DNA of 64,000 bases from Blastocystis sp. Blastoise. Taxonomy: Eukaryota; Protista; Bigyra: Opalinata. The translations under genes and the position numbers were made by a program. Below the pieces are notes generated by a model, which had not been told where the DNA came from, searched no databases, and saw only the letters and a list, made by a program, of their open reading frames with translations. The DNA lies in NCBI GenBank assembly GCA_039096225.1, contig JBBPEB010000027.1:310001-374000 (forward strand), written 5' to 3'. Shown piece after piece: positions 39,050 to 56,439 of this stretch. Numbering within the stretch: the stretch's first letter is position 1; each line of letters starts with the position of its first letter.

Positions 39050-39533
39050 ATTGCAAATAGTTGGATCTTACTCTATATAGTTTGTAGATACATTTGTAAC
39101 TGTTCATTTTGTATTCGTTTTACTAGTGTATTTCAAGAAATTCACTCTTTTATTAGACATTTTCTTATAAAAAAATAATTTTAAATATTCATTCACATTC
39201 CAATTATTTTAAAATCATGTCTGTGTATTCCTAATGCATAGAAAATACGAAATAGAATAATAAAACATTCGGATTATCACCAAATTTGTTGTAAAAATTT
39301 AGAAAATGTATTGATTGTTATGAACTACATGTTGTATCATAAGATCATACTATTTCCTTTGATATATAGAAAAGAATTCATGAGAAAACTTCTAAAGAAC
39401 AAAGAAAGGAATAATAGTGATTATTTGGAAAACTTCCAGTCAATTTTAGTGTCAGTGCATCTGCCACATCATCACTTTTTTTCCTTCATAAATAATATTT
39501 CCATATTTTTACTTCTTTTCCAAACTACTAAAC

Positions 39534-40448
39534 ATGTCTACTGGTATAAATAGTTCTTGTTAGAGGATTTATCTTTATAGAAACTGATTCCACTACCAGA
39601 CCTACCGTTAAATTTGAATTCTCTGAAGAATTTGCTAAATTCTATGAAGGCGTTAAGACTGAATTCGATCATGTTGTTGGTGAAAAGGCTACTTTAGAAA
39701 GTCCTATTGTTCAACATGTTGATACTAAGTGGAATGTATATATTTTTTAATTTCTTTAATTTTATCTTTTTAATGTTTATTATTCATTTTGAGTATATGA
39801 TAGATTCATTATTATTATTGTATTTTATAAATAATAACTTTTTTTTTCAAAATCTATATATTTAAAATTCTAGATTGGTAATCAAGTTTCCAACGTTTTA
39901 TTCTTTGGTATCAGTATCATTGGTCTCTTTATTAAACCTAATCAACCTTCTCCTCTTGATGCTTATCTTTCTGAAGATATTAAAGCTTTATTCTTAAAAT
40001 ATAAATTAGTTATTATGCTTGTTATCTTTGCCTTCCGTCTTTTCATTCTCCAAATGATGCCTGTAAATATCTTTAAGATTTCTGTTAATGGTATGCTATT
40101 TTATTATTATGTTTATTATTATTTTGTGTATTATTATATGTTTATTATTATTATGTTTATTAATATACTTATTATTTTATGTTTATTAAAATACTTATTA
40201 TTATTATTATGTTTATTATTATTATATACCACTCTACTATAGGTGAAGAAATTTATCTTCTTGGAAAGAATGAAACTGTTGCTGATAAAGAAGAATTAAT
40301 TAAGATTGTAGCTAAGAAATTAAATATTCCTGAAAAATCTGAAACTGAAAAGACTGAAACTGAAACTGAAACTGAAACTGAAGCTGTTTCTGAAGCTGAA
40401 AAACCTCAAGAGAATGAACAAACTGAAGAAGAAAAGAAAGAAAATTAA
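39534..40448 (+). CDS. Selenoprotein T (Rdx family)-like protein A, no CxxU; acidic tail
   Basis: beta-alpha start VKFEFSEEFAKFYE, central hydrophobic helices, FKISVNGEEIY..ELIKIV C-terminal Rdx signature. Confidence 0.7.
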
Positions 40449-40751
40449 ATGAATTCTTCAAATTAAAACAATTTTATTTATTTTTTTATTACTGCTTTAT
40501 AAAGAAATATATTTTATAATCTTACTAAATACTTTAGGTTTTTGTTTACAGCAAATTGAGTTCATATTTATTTCATTCACACATGTATAATGCAAAACCT
40601 GACAACAAATATACATTTTTCATATAAAAAAAAATATTGTTGCGAAAGAAAACATAAACTTTTTTTTCAAGATTGTTTTCTTCAGTAAACTAAGTGATCT
40701 TAACGATTTCACGTTTCATCTACATAGAATACATTGAAGCCTTTCATTATT

Positions 40752-41500
40752 ATGTCAAATATAGATTCTAAAAAAGAAAAAATACCCTCAAATCTGGTGT
40801 CTCAACCAATAGAAATTAGTTTCTCCAAGGAATATCAAAAACAATATGACGAACTAATAGTGCTAATAAAAGAGAATTTGAAAACTGTATATAAAAACAT
40901 CAAAGACCCACAAATCCTCATTCCTCCTCCATTTCTCGTTTTTATGTATTATTTGTCATCAGTCGTGTTCTTTAGTTTTATTGTGTTGTCATTATGTTTT
41001 GTACCCGTATATTTCTCCTAAAATGTATATATATATTATTATTAGGGTCTTCCAGGCCCATTAGATTCTTATTTATCGGATATAACTAAAGAAAATATTT
41101 ATAAGTATAAATACATTGTCATATTAACTCTGTATTTTGTGCGTAATCAAATGATGAATCTTTGTCAATTTAACGTTTTTGATATACGCATCAATGGTAT
41201 GTGACTTACACTTTTTTTTTTGATACTTTGTTCTTATAATCGATTCGTCTTTATTTTTTATATAGGTAAAAAGATTTTTTATGTATTACCTAGTCAGCCT
41301 ATTCCAACTGTTAGTGTATTTATTTTTTTATTAAATATGAACAGATGAATAGTATTCTATAATCTATTCATTCATTGTAAATAGTATTATTATAATTATA
41401 CATATATGTTTTATAGGAGATCTATGATACTGTTCATAAGTATTATTACCAAGAAGCACAAAATGATAAGAACTCGAACGATTCTAAGAAAAAACAATAA
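40752..41500 (+). CDS. Selenoprotein T-like protein B, no CxxU
   Basis: IEISFSKEYQKQYDEL..PPP..hydrophobic segment..PLDSYLS..YKYIV..FDIRINGKKIF..IPT; shares an intron position with A. Confidence 0.7.
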
Positions 41501-41812
41501 TGTTCTTCTGAATGTCTCTTCTCTTGTAGTTTTTACTATTTAAAAATGTTATACAATGTTAGGAATAAGTTATTTATAAAAATTATCATGTATTAATGAT
41601 TAAAATATTGACAAAATATACATTTAAATAGTCCATTAATTTTTTCTTTTGATTTTATGCATCCAACATGAATTACACGCATTAACTGGCGAAATAAAAC
41701 ATTAATTATATTTTTTTATCATTTTTAGATTTGTGTAGAATAACTTTGTGCTAATTCCATTATTTTTAAAGATTTTTTTTGCCAAAATTTTATTTTAATT
41801 ATTATTTTTAGA

Positions 41813-42672
41813 ATGAGTGAGAGTAAGTACTTGTTTTATTGATTTTTAATTTCTCTATGCTATCTAGTACATAAACGAAACACTAACGAATTGAAAGAAG
41901 AACAAAAGACTACACAGACTGTTCCTCATGTCAGTTTCTTCTATACTGAAGAACATTCTGAGACTTTTGAGGATATGAAAGAAGGATTACTGAAAGAATT
42001 TCCTATGTTAAAAGGGAATGTTTTCAGTCATCATCAAAATTATAAGAATAGTGTCGTTGTATTTATTTTTATATCTGATATTAAAGATATTCTAATTTCA
42101 TTAAAAACAAAATTATTGTCGAATAAAGACAATTATTGATATATAATTATAGTTTTCTTCTATTTTGTATATATATAGTTTTTCAGTGCTTTAGCAAATA
42201 TATTATTATTATGTTTAGTCGTCTTCTTAACTGGTGTCAATAATGAAAACACGGGTTTCTTTGATGCTTATGTTCCTTCGTATGTCAAAGAATTCATTTT
42301 CAAAAATAAAATAATTGTTTTACTTGCTTTAGGAGGTGTGAAATTATTAAGTGTAGCATTTATGGGTAATGGAGAATTTTCCATTTATGTTGATGGTATA
42401 TTAGCTTACATATTTATATATTCAGTTATATTATAATATCATTATATTATTATATCATTATATCATAATATCATAATATCATAATATCAATATCATTATA
42501 TCATTATATTATAATATATATTAATTATATAGGAGATCAAATCTATACTATAGAATCTAAAGCAACAATTCCAACTGTTAAAGATTTATGTATCATTCTG
42601 AATCAAAAATATAATCTTCCTTATTCACCAAAGTCAGCTAATAATAGAATCGAATCTAAAAAGGAAAAGTAA
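41813..42672 (+). CDS. Selenoprotein T-like protein C, no CxxU
   Basis: VSFFYTEEHSETFEDMK..EFP..FDAYVP..NKIIVLL..GEFSIYVDGDQIY..IPTVKDL. Confidence 0.72.
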
Positions 42673-42975
42673 ATTTTTTGATTTGTATGATTCGTCGCAT
42701 AAAGTGTGCTGTATAACAAATATTTTGTCACCATCATTTTCAGAATACTTGAGTAGTGATATCTTATTGTTTTGTTTTGGAAATTATTTCAATAACATTT
42801 ATTCATTCAAAAAAATTAATGATTTTTTAAATTAACTGAATTCTATTTATATAGAACTATGATTATTTTTCATTTAGGTATCAATTTTCAAATGAATATT
42901 ATCTTTACGCTGATTTAAAGTTAATAAAATAAAAACAAAAAAATATTATCATTTTGTTGAGCTGATTTATGGAAG

Positions 42976-43807
42976 ATGGTATATTAAATACTTTCTATAA
43001 CAGGAATAAACTATGTTACATATATATAGGACTCCAAAAAATGTTGTTTTGGCCCTCCTCATTATCATGATGGTCGTGGATTGCCATTAATATCAGTAGT
43101 ATATTCAAAGAAAAAAGCAGTACTGTTTAGAATACTAAGTCAAAGGATGAAACAGTCATTTCCACAAGTTCCAATTTTCGAAAAGAACATTTCTACACAA
43201 AATAGGGTATATTTTAAACTTATATATGTAATTTTTATATATATAATGTGTATCTACGTATGATTATATATATATGTAGTCATTTGAAAAAACATTACGA
43301 GGTATTTTTAATTATGTTACTTGTGCGTCTATATTTGAGTTAAGTGTTTATTTTCTATCAAGATATATATGTGATGAAACGCATTCAGAATGTAATTACT
43401 TAATGGATTCTCAACATCGAAGAGTTTTAATACTTATTTTTTGTTTTATTCTGATTTTAGCTGTTTTACTCTTCTATATACTTGTTCTTCAACTTCTTCA
43501 TTATAACAATTGCTTCTTTATTCGAGCCAATCGTATATAAAAATATATTTTAACTAATAATAATGATATTTATAATATAGACGAAGAAATTTATTCTAAT
43601 GATAATCAATCACGTAATTTTAATTGGGAAGTATATATATATTTGTTTTTGATATTATTTTGTATAATTTAATTATATTTGTTTGTTTTTTATGATTATA
43701 ATTTTATATAATTTTACATATATATATATTTGTTTTTATTTAAATAGCAAATTGAAAATTTGATTTGTCGTAAATGCCATATAATGAAGAAAATAAGTGA
43801 TGTATAA
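42976..43807 (+). CDS. Selenoprotein T-like protein D (most divergent), no CxxU
   Basis: ATG alone as first coding exon; ISVVYSKKKAVLFRIL..SFPQV..hydrophobic segment..FFIRANHEEIYS, with the same phase-1 intron as A-C. Confidence 0.6.
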
Positions 43808-44065
43808 TTTATTTTCAGAGTTTTTCTTGCTCGATCTGTTTGTGTTTTTTTTTAATGATTATTGTACTATAAATCTATTATTTTATGTCTTTATTTGTTT
43901 ATTTAAATTAAATATTATATTTATAACACTACAAAAAAAAACTAAATGTAGATATAAAATAGATAAGAAAAAGAATAAAAGAGAAAAACAATGTTTTGAA
44001 TAATGTATTTAAAGAATGAATATATAGAATAATTATATAATTAATAAAAGAAAATAGAATTATTT

Positions 44066-45325
44066 TCAAGGTGAATTATGCATAGTTTCAGACTGAATAT
44101 TATTTTCTTTTTTAATATCATTATTGTGAATATCAATAGCGTTATTATTATTATCTTCATTCTTATTATTATCATCTTCTTTATTATTATTGTTATCATC
44201 TTCATTCTTATTATTATGATCATCTACTTTATTATTTATCTGTTTACTATTATTATTATTGGATTCATCTAAAGAGACTTTCGTTATATTCTTAGAATGT
44301 TCTTTTTTCTTTAATAATTCTTCTTGTTCTACTTCTAAATCTGTTTTTTCTCTTATTTTTGAAGGACTTAATAAAGGAGGTATACTTTTAATTATATTTA
44401 TTTCTGATTTATCTAAATTTAATAATGTATGTGGAATGGATCGTATAGGAGATGACTATATATATAATAATAATTATATATATTTAAAATAAAAATAAAT
44501 AAAGAGTCAATAGAATATATAATAAATGTATAAAAAAGTAATAATTAGAATTAAAATATAGATGAATATACAAGAATATAATAAAAGATATAATAAAAGA
44601 TATAATACAAAAATATAACAAAGCATATAATAAAACATTATAAAACATTATAAAACATATAAAAAATATAGCAAAACATTATAAAATAAATATAAATAAA
44701 AATATATATATATAAAAAAAAATAAAACATAAAAAAATTTCTTTCTATATACTAGTTTAGATTTTGTTAGAGGAGAACGTAATCGTTCACGTATCTTTTT
44801 ATCATCTAAAGAATTGAAATCTAATGCTCTATAAGGAGATATCATATTTTTATGAGGAGAATGAATAGGAGTTATAATCTCTTTATTTGGAGGAGGTGTC
44901 TTAAGTTGTAAAGGTCTATATATACAAAAATACATGAATTATTATAGAATAAATATTATTAAATAAATAAAATAACTTTATTAGTACTTTATAAACAAAT
45001 ATCATAAAAAGTAATGAAAATACTTGGGTACGTATAAACGTTCTGGTGAAAATGGAGACTTCATTTGTGTATTATGATATAAAACAGAAGGAGATCCAAA
45101 AGCTGTATTCTTCATAGCTATATCTCTTTTCTTTCTAGATGGAGAATGAACAAGGTTCACAATGTTTATAGATGATTTCATTTCTTCTGCTATCTCACTG
45201 ACCTTACGCTTATGAGAATGAGGAGTTAATAAGAGAGGATTCTCTGGATCTTGTTTTAATTCCTCTTTAATTTCAGACTGGACTTCATCCTCTATTTCTT
45301 TATCCTTTTCAACAACATCAGACAT
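44066..45325 (-). CDS. Disordered protein with many S/T-P motifs (probable CDK substrate); 3 exons
   Basis: TPHS, SPSRK, SPFSPER, TPPPNK, SPHK, SPYR, RSPLTK, SPSK; Asn/Asp-rich tail; stop TGA 44066-44068. Confidence 0.65.
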
Positions 45326-46091
45326 CGTCAATGTTAAATTATAAAGATGCAAAGTATTCAAATATATAAATTTTTTGAAAATATTTGAATAACCGTGAAA
45401 ACACAAAAACCTCCTTTTTTAAAAATATGAAGAAGTCTTTTAAAATGATATCATTTGAATAAAAAGTGATAAAGGTTGTTGTTATAAAGAATAGAAATTA
45501 ATAAAAATATAAAAAATATGTAAATTGTATTTAATGATACAAGTCATTAGCTGCTGTTTTAATTATGAATATCCATAATTTTAATTATGAATATCCACAA
45601 GATCTCCCTAATTCATAAATTATATGAATCACGATCAATAATATAAAAATTGACAATGATCCTAGTTTTTTAAATGTAAACTATTATATCTTTCTTACAA
45701 TAATGATACACTGACTTCTCACAAGATTTCACTCACAAAAACTATGTAATCTTCTTGAATAGATACACTTAAGGTCATTGTAATACTTAAAAACAAGGCT
45801 AAAAAACTAAATATTTCTTTGATTAAATATAAGAATTCGTCTAGACCGAACATACATATCAAATAAATAAAAGCTGTAGTCATTGCGAAGATTATAGAAA
45901 AAAAATTTAAAAAATATCCGTCTTTTTAAATGTGTATTCATTAAAGGAGCTGTTTCAAAAAAAGATTTTCGAGATGAGAACTATAAGAATTTCTGGCAAA
46001 AATCAAGCAAATAGCAAAGACAAAATGAAATAAATTTTTTTTTAATTCTCTTTTGTTTTCTTTTATTGCTTTGTTTACGTTATCCTTTGAA

Positions 46092-47002
46092 ATGGTTCGA
46101 TTATCCTCGATTCTCATTCTAATTAGTTTTATTGTTACATGTTACTCCTATGAAATCTCATTAGTTTTGCCTAATGGGAATGGTACTGTTCTTCTTTATG
46201 GTAAGCGTGAAGGTACTGATTTATACAACAATGAAATTGGACTTAATTCTCAGTTGACTGGAGATCTAGTTGTCCCTAAAGATCAATTTGGATGTAATAT
46301 TACAGAACATTATTCCAGTGATACTATTCTTGTTCTTTACAGAGGTTCTTGTACATTCTATGAAAAGGGTGTAAATGCTCAAAATAGTGGTGCAAAAGCT
46401 GTTGTTTTATTAAATACTATAGAATCTTTATATAATACAACATTAAAATATGTTCTGAATGTTTGTGAACTAGACTGCTCTATTTCTCATACAATAAATT
46501 CAACTGAAGTAAATGATTTTTCAACTGGTTATCCTGAATATAATACTGATAATTCGTGTACTTCTGGTTATTTTGGTATTCCTTATTTATTATCAGATAC
46601 CTCTAAACAAACAATTTGCTGTATAAATGACGTTCCTCCATTACCAAGTAAAGGTATGTCATGATAACCGCGGTTATTTTGTGTTTTATAATTTATTATG
46701 ATTTATTTATTATGGTTATATATATAGGTGATGCATATATTTCAATACCTTTTTATACTACTAATTTGAAATATAATGAAATGATTATCGATTCGTATAT
46801 ATATATATGCTATTATTATTTATTATGATTATTATATTATTATGATTATTATGATTATTATATATATGTATAGAATAGATTCAAAAGGATATATATCTCG
46901 TTATGTTACTGATGATGAAAACGCAAGTACTTTTTTATTTACTTGTTTTATTACTCTTCTTGAAATGATTCTTATTCCTATTGCTAATTATCTTGTATAT
47001 AT

Positions 47003-47033
<31 letters not shown>

Positions 47034-48640
47034 ATAAATCTATATCTAATAAATCTATATCTAATAAATATAATAAATCTAAATCTAATAAATCTAATAA
47101 ACATATAATAAATCTAATAAATATAATAATATATATAGAGTAAACTTTTAAAAATTGTTTCTTATTCTCCCTCATCTTCAACGACAACTTCCCCTACTTC
47201 TAACGATCAAATTCTCGCTATATCCCTATCGCCAAGAGATATTTTATGTTGGATATTCACGGCTGCTGTTATGCTTATTTTATTATTCTTTGCATTCTTA
47301 TATATTAAAACATTTGTTATTATTATTATGGCTATAATAATAACTTTATCTTGTGTGACTATTTTATATACAGTATTAACACATTTATTACATACATTTA
47401 ATATTATGAAGAAATTCTTATTTAAAATTCCTCCTCCTCTTCCTACTGATCCAGAACAATTAAATGCATTTAAAAATGAAAAGAAGAAAATAACCACGGC
47501 TATTCATGATTTCTTTGTATATATGGATTTAGGGGATTTTATTAATATATGTATATGTATTATTATTATTGGCGGGTGGTTGTTTTCAGCTAATAGGTAT
47601 ATAAGATTCTTTTTTTAGTTATTATTATATATTATATATTAGTATATATTATTTATTTATTCTATATTTATTCTATTTTTAGTTATTAATTATATATTAT
47701 TTATTCTATATTTATTATTAGTTATTATATATTTATTATTAGTTATTCAATATTTATACCTATATTAATATATATAGTGATGCTCATTATTTCTTTGTTG
47801 ATGTAATGGGTATAATATTATTAATTGATATTCTTATGCTAATAAGAGTTAATTCATTAAAAGTATATATATATATCTTTATTTTGTTATATTTAGTATA
47901 TATTTATATAAATATTTTACTAATTTATTATTATATATATAAATTATAACTATTTATATAATAACATTAATAAATATAATAATATAATAGAATACTATTA
48001 ATATAACTTTATATATAGACAACTACTATATTATATGTTGTTTTTATGTTATATGATTTATATATGGTATTCCTCTCTCCTTCTCTCTTCAATACTTCAG
48101 TTATGGAATCCGTCGCCAGAGGGGCGGTATCCGATACTTCAGGTAAGCTTAAATAATCACGGGAATATATATATATATATAATTTTAAATGTAATTTTAA
48201 TGTTATTATTATTCAATTAATTATGTATTATGTATATTAATCTATAATAATAATATATATATAGCTGCTATAATGACTACAACTGCTGGAGAACGTTATT
48301 GTCAAGTTTCGAAATCTATTTCTCTTCCTATTGCTCTTCTATTTAATAAAGGAAATGGTATATTGAAATATATATTATTTTTTATATAATATAATATAAT
48401 TATAGTAATAATAGTTTTATATATATATATATATAGGATATAGTATGATAGGATTAGGTGATTTAGCTATTCCAGGATTCTTCTTAGCTTATTTATTACA
48501 GAGAGATGAACAGAATAATACATATTATTCCTTTATTGGATTCTTTGGGTTTTTACTTGGTATCTTATGTTCCTCTCTTGCCGCCTCTTCTTATGGCGGG
48601 CAACCAGTATATATATATATATATATATATAACTATATTC

Positions 48641-48672
<32 letters not shown>

Positions 48673-48938
48673 TATATAGGCACTTATCTATTTATGTCCC
48701 TTAACCTTCATTCCTGTTGCTTTATATGCTCTTATTAAACGAGATTTCTATTCATTATGGATTAATAAACGTATATATATATATATATAAATATATATAT
48801 TTTTAATATTATAATTGACAAAAATGAAAAATAAATTTATATTATTATAATATAATATAATTAATATATATTTTTTCTATAGAAAAAACGAAAGCTCCCG
48901 TGGAAATCAGAGAAACTGTTGTTCCTGAATTTGCCTAA
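46092..48938 (+). CDS. Signal peptide peptidase-like intramembrane aspartyl protease (A22B, SPPL2-type) with PA domain
   Basis: Signal peptide; PA domain RGSCTFYEKGVNAQNSGA; catalytic LYDLYMVF and IGLGDLAIPG; QPALIYL motif. Confidence 0.92.
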
Positions 48939-49610
48939 AACATGCTATTAATCATTAATTAATATCTATAATTCTATATATATAAATATTCTTTTTCCTT
49001 ATTTTTTTTTCAAAGTATAGAATATATAGTATTGTTTTTTTATTATTCACTATATTATACTTTCAATGATATATACAATTATAAACCAAATTATTTGAAA
49101 CTTTTCATTATCAAATCATTCAAGTTAGGTCAATAAAACATAAATATGTAGTATAAAAAATAAATATAATGGAATAGATTAAAGTAAAAATTAAACAAGA
49201 ACCTTTTTTAACTTTTGTAGGAATTATCATGTTAATATATGACTCTCATTTTCAATCCTATTTAATTTGACTAAAATATTTATAAAATATAATGTAATTA
49301 TTAAAAATAATAATATTTTGTCATATATGTTAGTAATAATCGTTATGTTGCAATAAAAAATGTTCACAGAATTCACTGCCTAAAAGAATAACAAAATTCA
49401 ATAGGGAACTTAATAATATATTTAAAAATGATATAAAATGAGTATAATAGAATGAATATTGATCAACATATGGTTACAAAAATATATGTATATTAGTTTA
49501 TATATGAATGTAGAATTTGAAGAAAATGATATATATATATAAATATAATAGTATAAAAAATAATGTAATACATATGAAAATAATGTATTTATTTGAAATT
49601 GTTTCATAAA

Positions 49611-54011
<4,401 letters not shown>

Positions 54012-56439
54012 TATTTGATCTCAACTATAATTAGAGAAGGATAATATATTATTATTTTTAAACGATATATCTTTATATAAGAAACAAATAAATACTTTAA
54101 GAATTGCTATAATAAATAATAAATGAATAAATTTTAAAAGTTAAAAAAAACTAGATTTTTAAAAAGGTAGTACTATTGAAAATTTAAATAAATGACTCGA
54201 TATGATACTAATTTTCACGATTTTTATTCAGTCCTTTTCAGAATATTTTCATCTAAGAACACAAAAAATGTTAATCATGAAATACACACTCTTTGAAATT
54301 TATTGTGGATTATAATATTGATATTAGTCTATCCCATATTCTTCGTTACTTTTTAGACACAGCTATACAGTATTATAGTGAGTATAATTGTGATTCTCTC
54401 TTTCATGTTATCGGAATTGAGTATTATAACTACTTCATATATTTGCTATTATTCTGATAACTCTATAGAAGAGAAATCAGTACATATCCAGCTCAAATAT
54501 TTCTTTTTGCTGTAATTATCTTGAGATATCTTCAATAGTCTATTTCTATATTTTCTATGATTATTTATTAGTTAAATAGAATTCGATATTTGAAAAATAT
54601 TCATTATAAAAAGAAAAATATAGAGAATGTGATAGAGAATCAATCTAAAAGTATCTAGTTATTTTTTTAACTATTAAAATAATTAAATAACTTGCTGAAT
54701 TAAGTTATTATTCAATCATTACAAAAATATATGTGTAGTAGGCATTAGAAACGAATAAATAAATGTATTTCTTTTAATAATAAACTGAGAATACGTTTAG
54801 CATTACATATACGTATTATATACTATCAAAATATCTATAATAATTTTTTATGCTTCAATATAAGTGTTGACATTATTGTTGTTGTTGCATAAAGTATTTT
54901 ATTACTTTTGTATCAAATGAAAGTCACAATCTTATTATAATACTCTTTTAATTATTTTATACATTTATACTATTAGGTTTATTCATATATATCTGTTATT
55001 TTCAAAATATTGATATATTTATTTCTTATTCTTCGATTCATTATATAACGATATACATTATAATTATATCAGACAATCATATTTATGTTAGCAATATCTT
55101 TTTCTATAGATTTTATCATTTATACAACATTTTTTCTAAATCTGGTAATTTAAAAGAGTATACAATTAAAATAGTGTAAACTTGGTTTTATTATTAATAT
55201 TATTATATGGATTAAAAGATTGTACTACATTAAAATATAATAATTTGTTATTTTTTGATTATTATGATTAATAATATATGTGTATCAAAAAGGTTCAAAT
55301 AATTTTATTAATTATGCTAGGTTTCTCAATTATACTTAAGTGCATAAACATGATATATAATGGATAGTTTAATAATTATATGTATATATAATATATCAGA
55401 TATTATTACCACATGATTTGTTTCATTATTTTTATTCATGTAATTATAGATGAAAAGAAGTATTTTTTATTTGTTTTTTATCAATTACTTTTCACATATA
55501 TACAATTAAAATTATTTTTAAAATATATGTAATGACAGATAATAATGTGAATGATATATGAAATATAGTCATAACAAATAATTTACTATTTCCAAATGCA
55601 TTTTTATATATGTAACTAATAAGAAAAATGATATATATATCGAAAAAAGTATTGGTTGATATATTTTCATTTTTCCTTTCATTAATACCTTCACAACATA
55701 AACAATAATTCTAATATATATATGTAACACATATTTTATTATCATCTCCTTATGGATCTATAAAACTGTGTCAAAATAGTTGAATGCTATTCATTGCAAG
55801 TGAAGTATCATATAGACAATACTTTTATAAGTGATCTAATAAATTTATTTTGTTTTGTTATTAGTGGTATTTTATAATAAATTCTTTTTAATTATTATGC
55901 TTATTTATTTATGGATCTATTAATTATTTTATATCCAATTATAACAAAAATTATATATATATTTTTATTTTTTTTTTGAAAAAGAGGAATAGAAAGATTA
56001 TAGGTAAACATTTTAGTGTTATATTGTAATAATAATACTTAATAATATTTCAAGTCTAAGGTATCTTATTTATTAACAAAAAAATAAACTTTTAAAAACA
56101 TTATAGGGTATATATAAATTATTTATTAAAATAAAAATATCTTTGAAAAAATAAACTAATTAAATAATAAAAAATATTTATAAGTAAAATAGAAAAGAAA
56201 AATAATACAATAAAATATATATTATAGAATAATAAAAAATAGATAAAACTAATATTTATATTAAAATTTAAAACAGATATGTAAATAATAGCGTTTTCTC
56301 TCGTTTATGGAATAATTACAATAACAATAAATGATTGCTATTTTGAGTAATTCTTTATCTGATTGAATGTTAAGAAAGTAAATTGTTTTAATTCGGAATA
56401 TAATTATACCAGAATTATGGTATTATAGATATACTATAT

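Noticed and set aside
42969-43070. ATG at 42969 leading to an in-frame TGA, suggesting a selenocysteine codon in SelT-like D
   Set aside because: That frame is not the SelT-like frame. ATG 42976 splices in phase to the open frame, and no CxxU context or SECIS was seen.
45557-45597. Short direct repeat TTTTAATTATGAATATCCA x2
   Set aside because: A simple local tandem duplication in AT-rich DNA with no other support.
54012-56439. 2.4-kb spacer possibly hiding a gene or element
   Set aside because: No spliceable ORF, TIRs or recognisable motifs found by eye.
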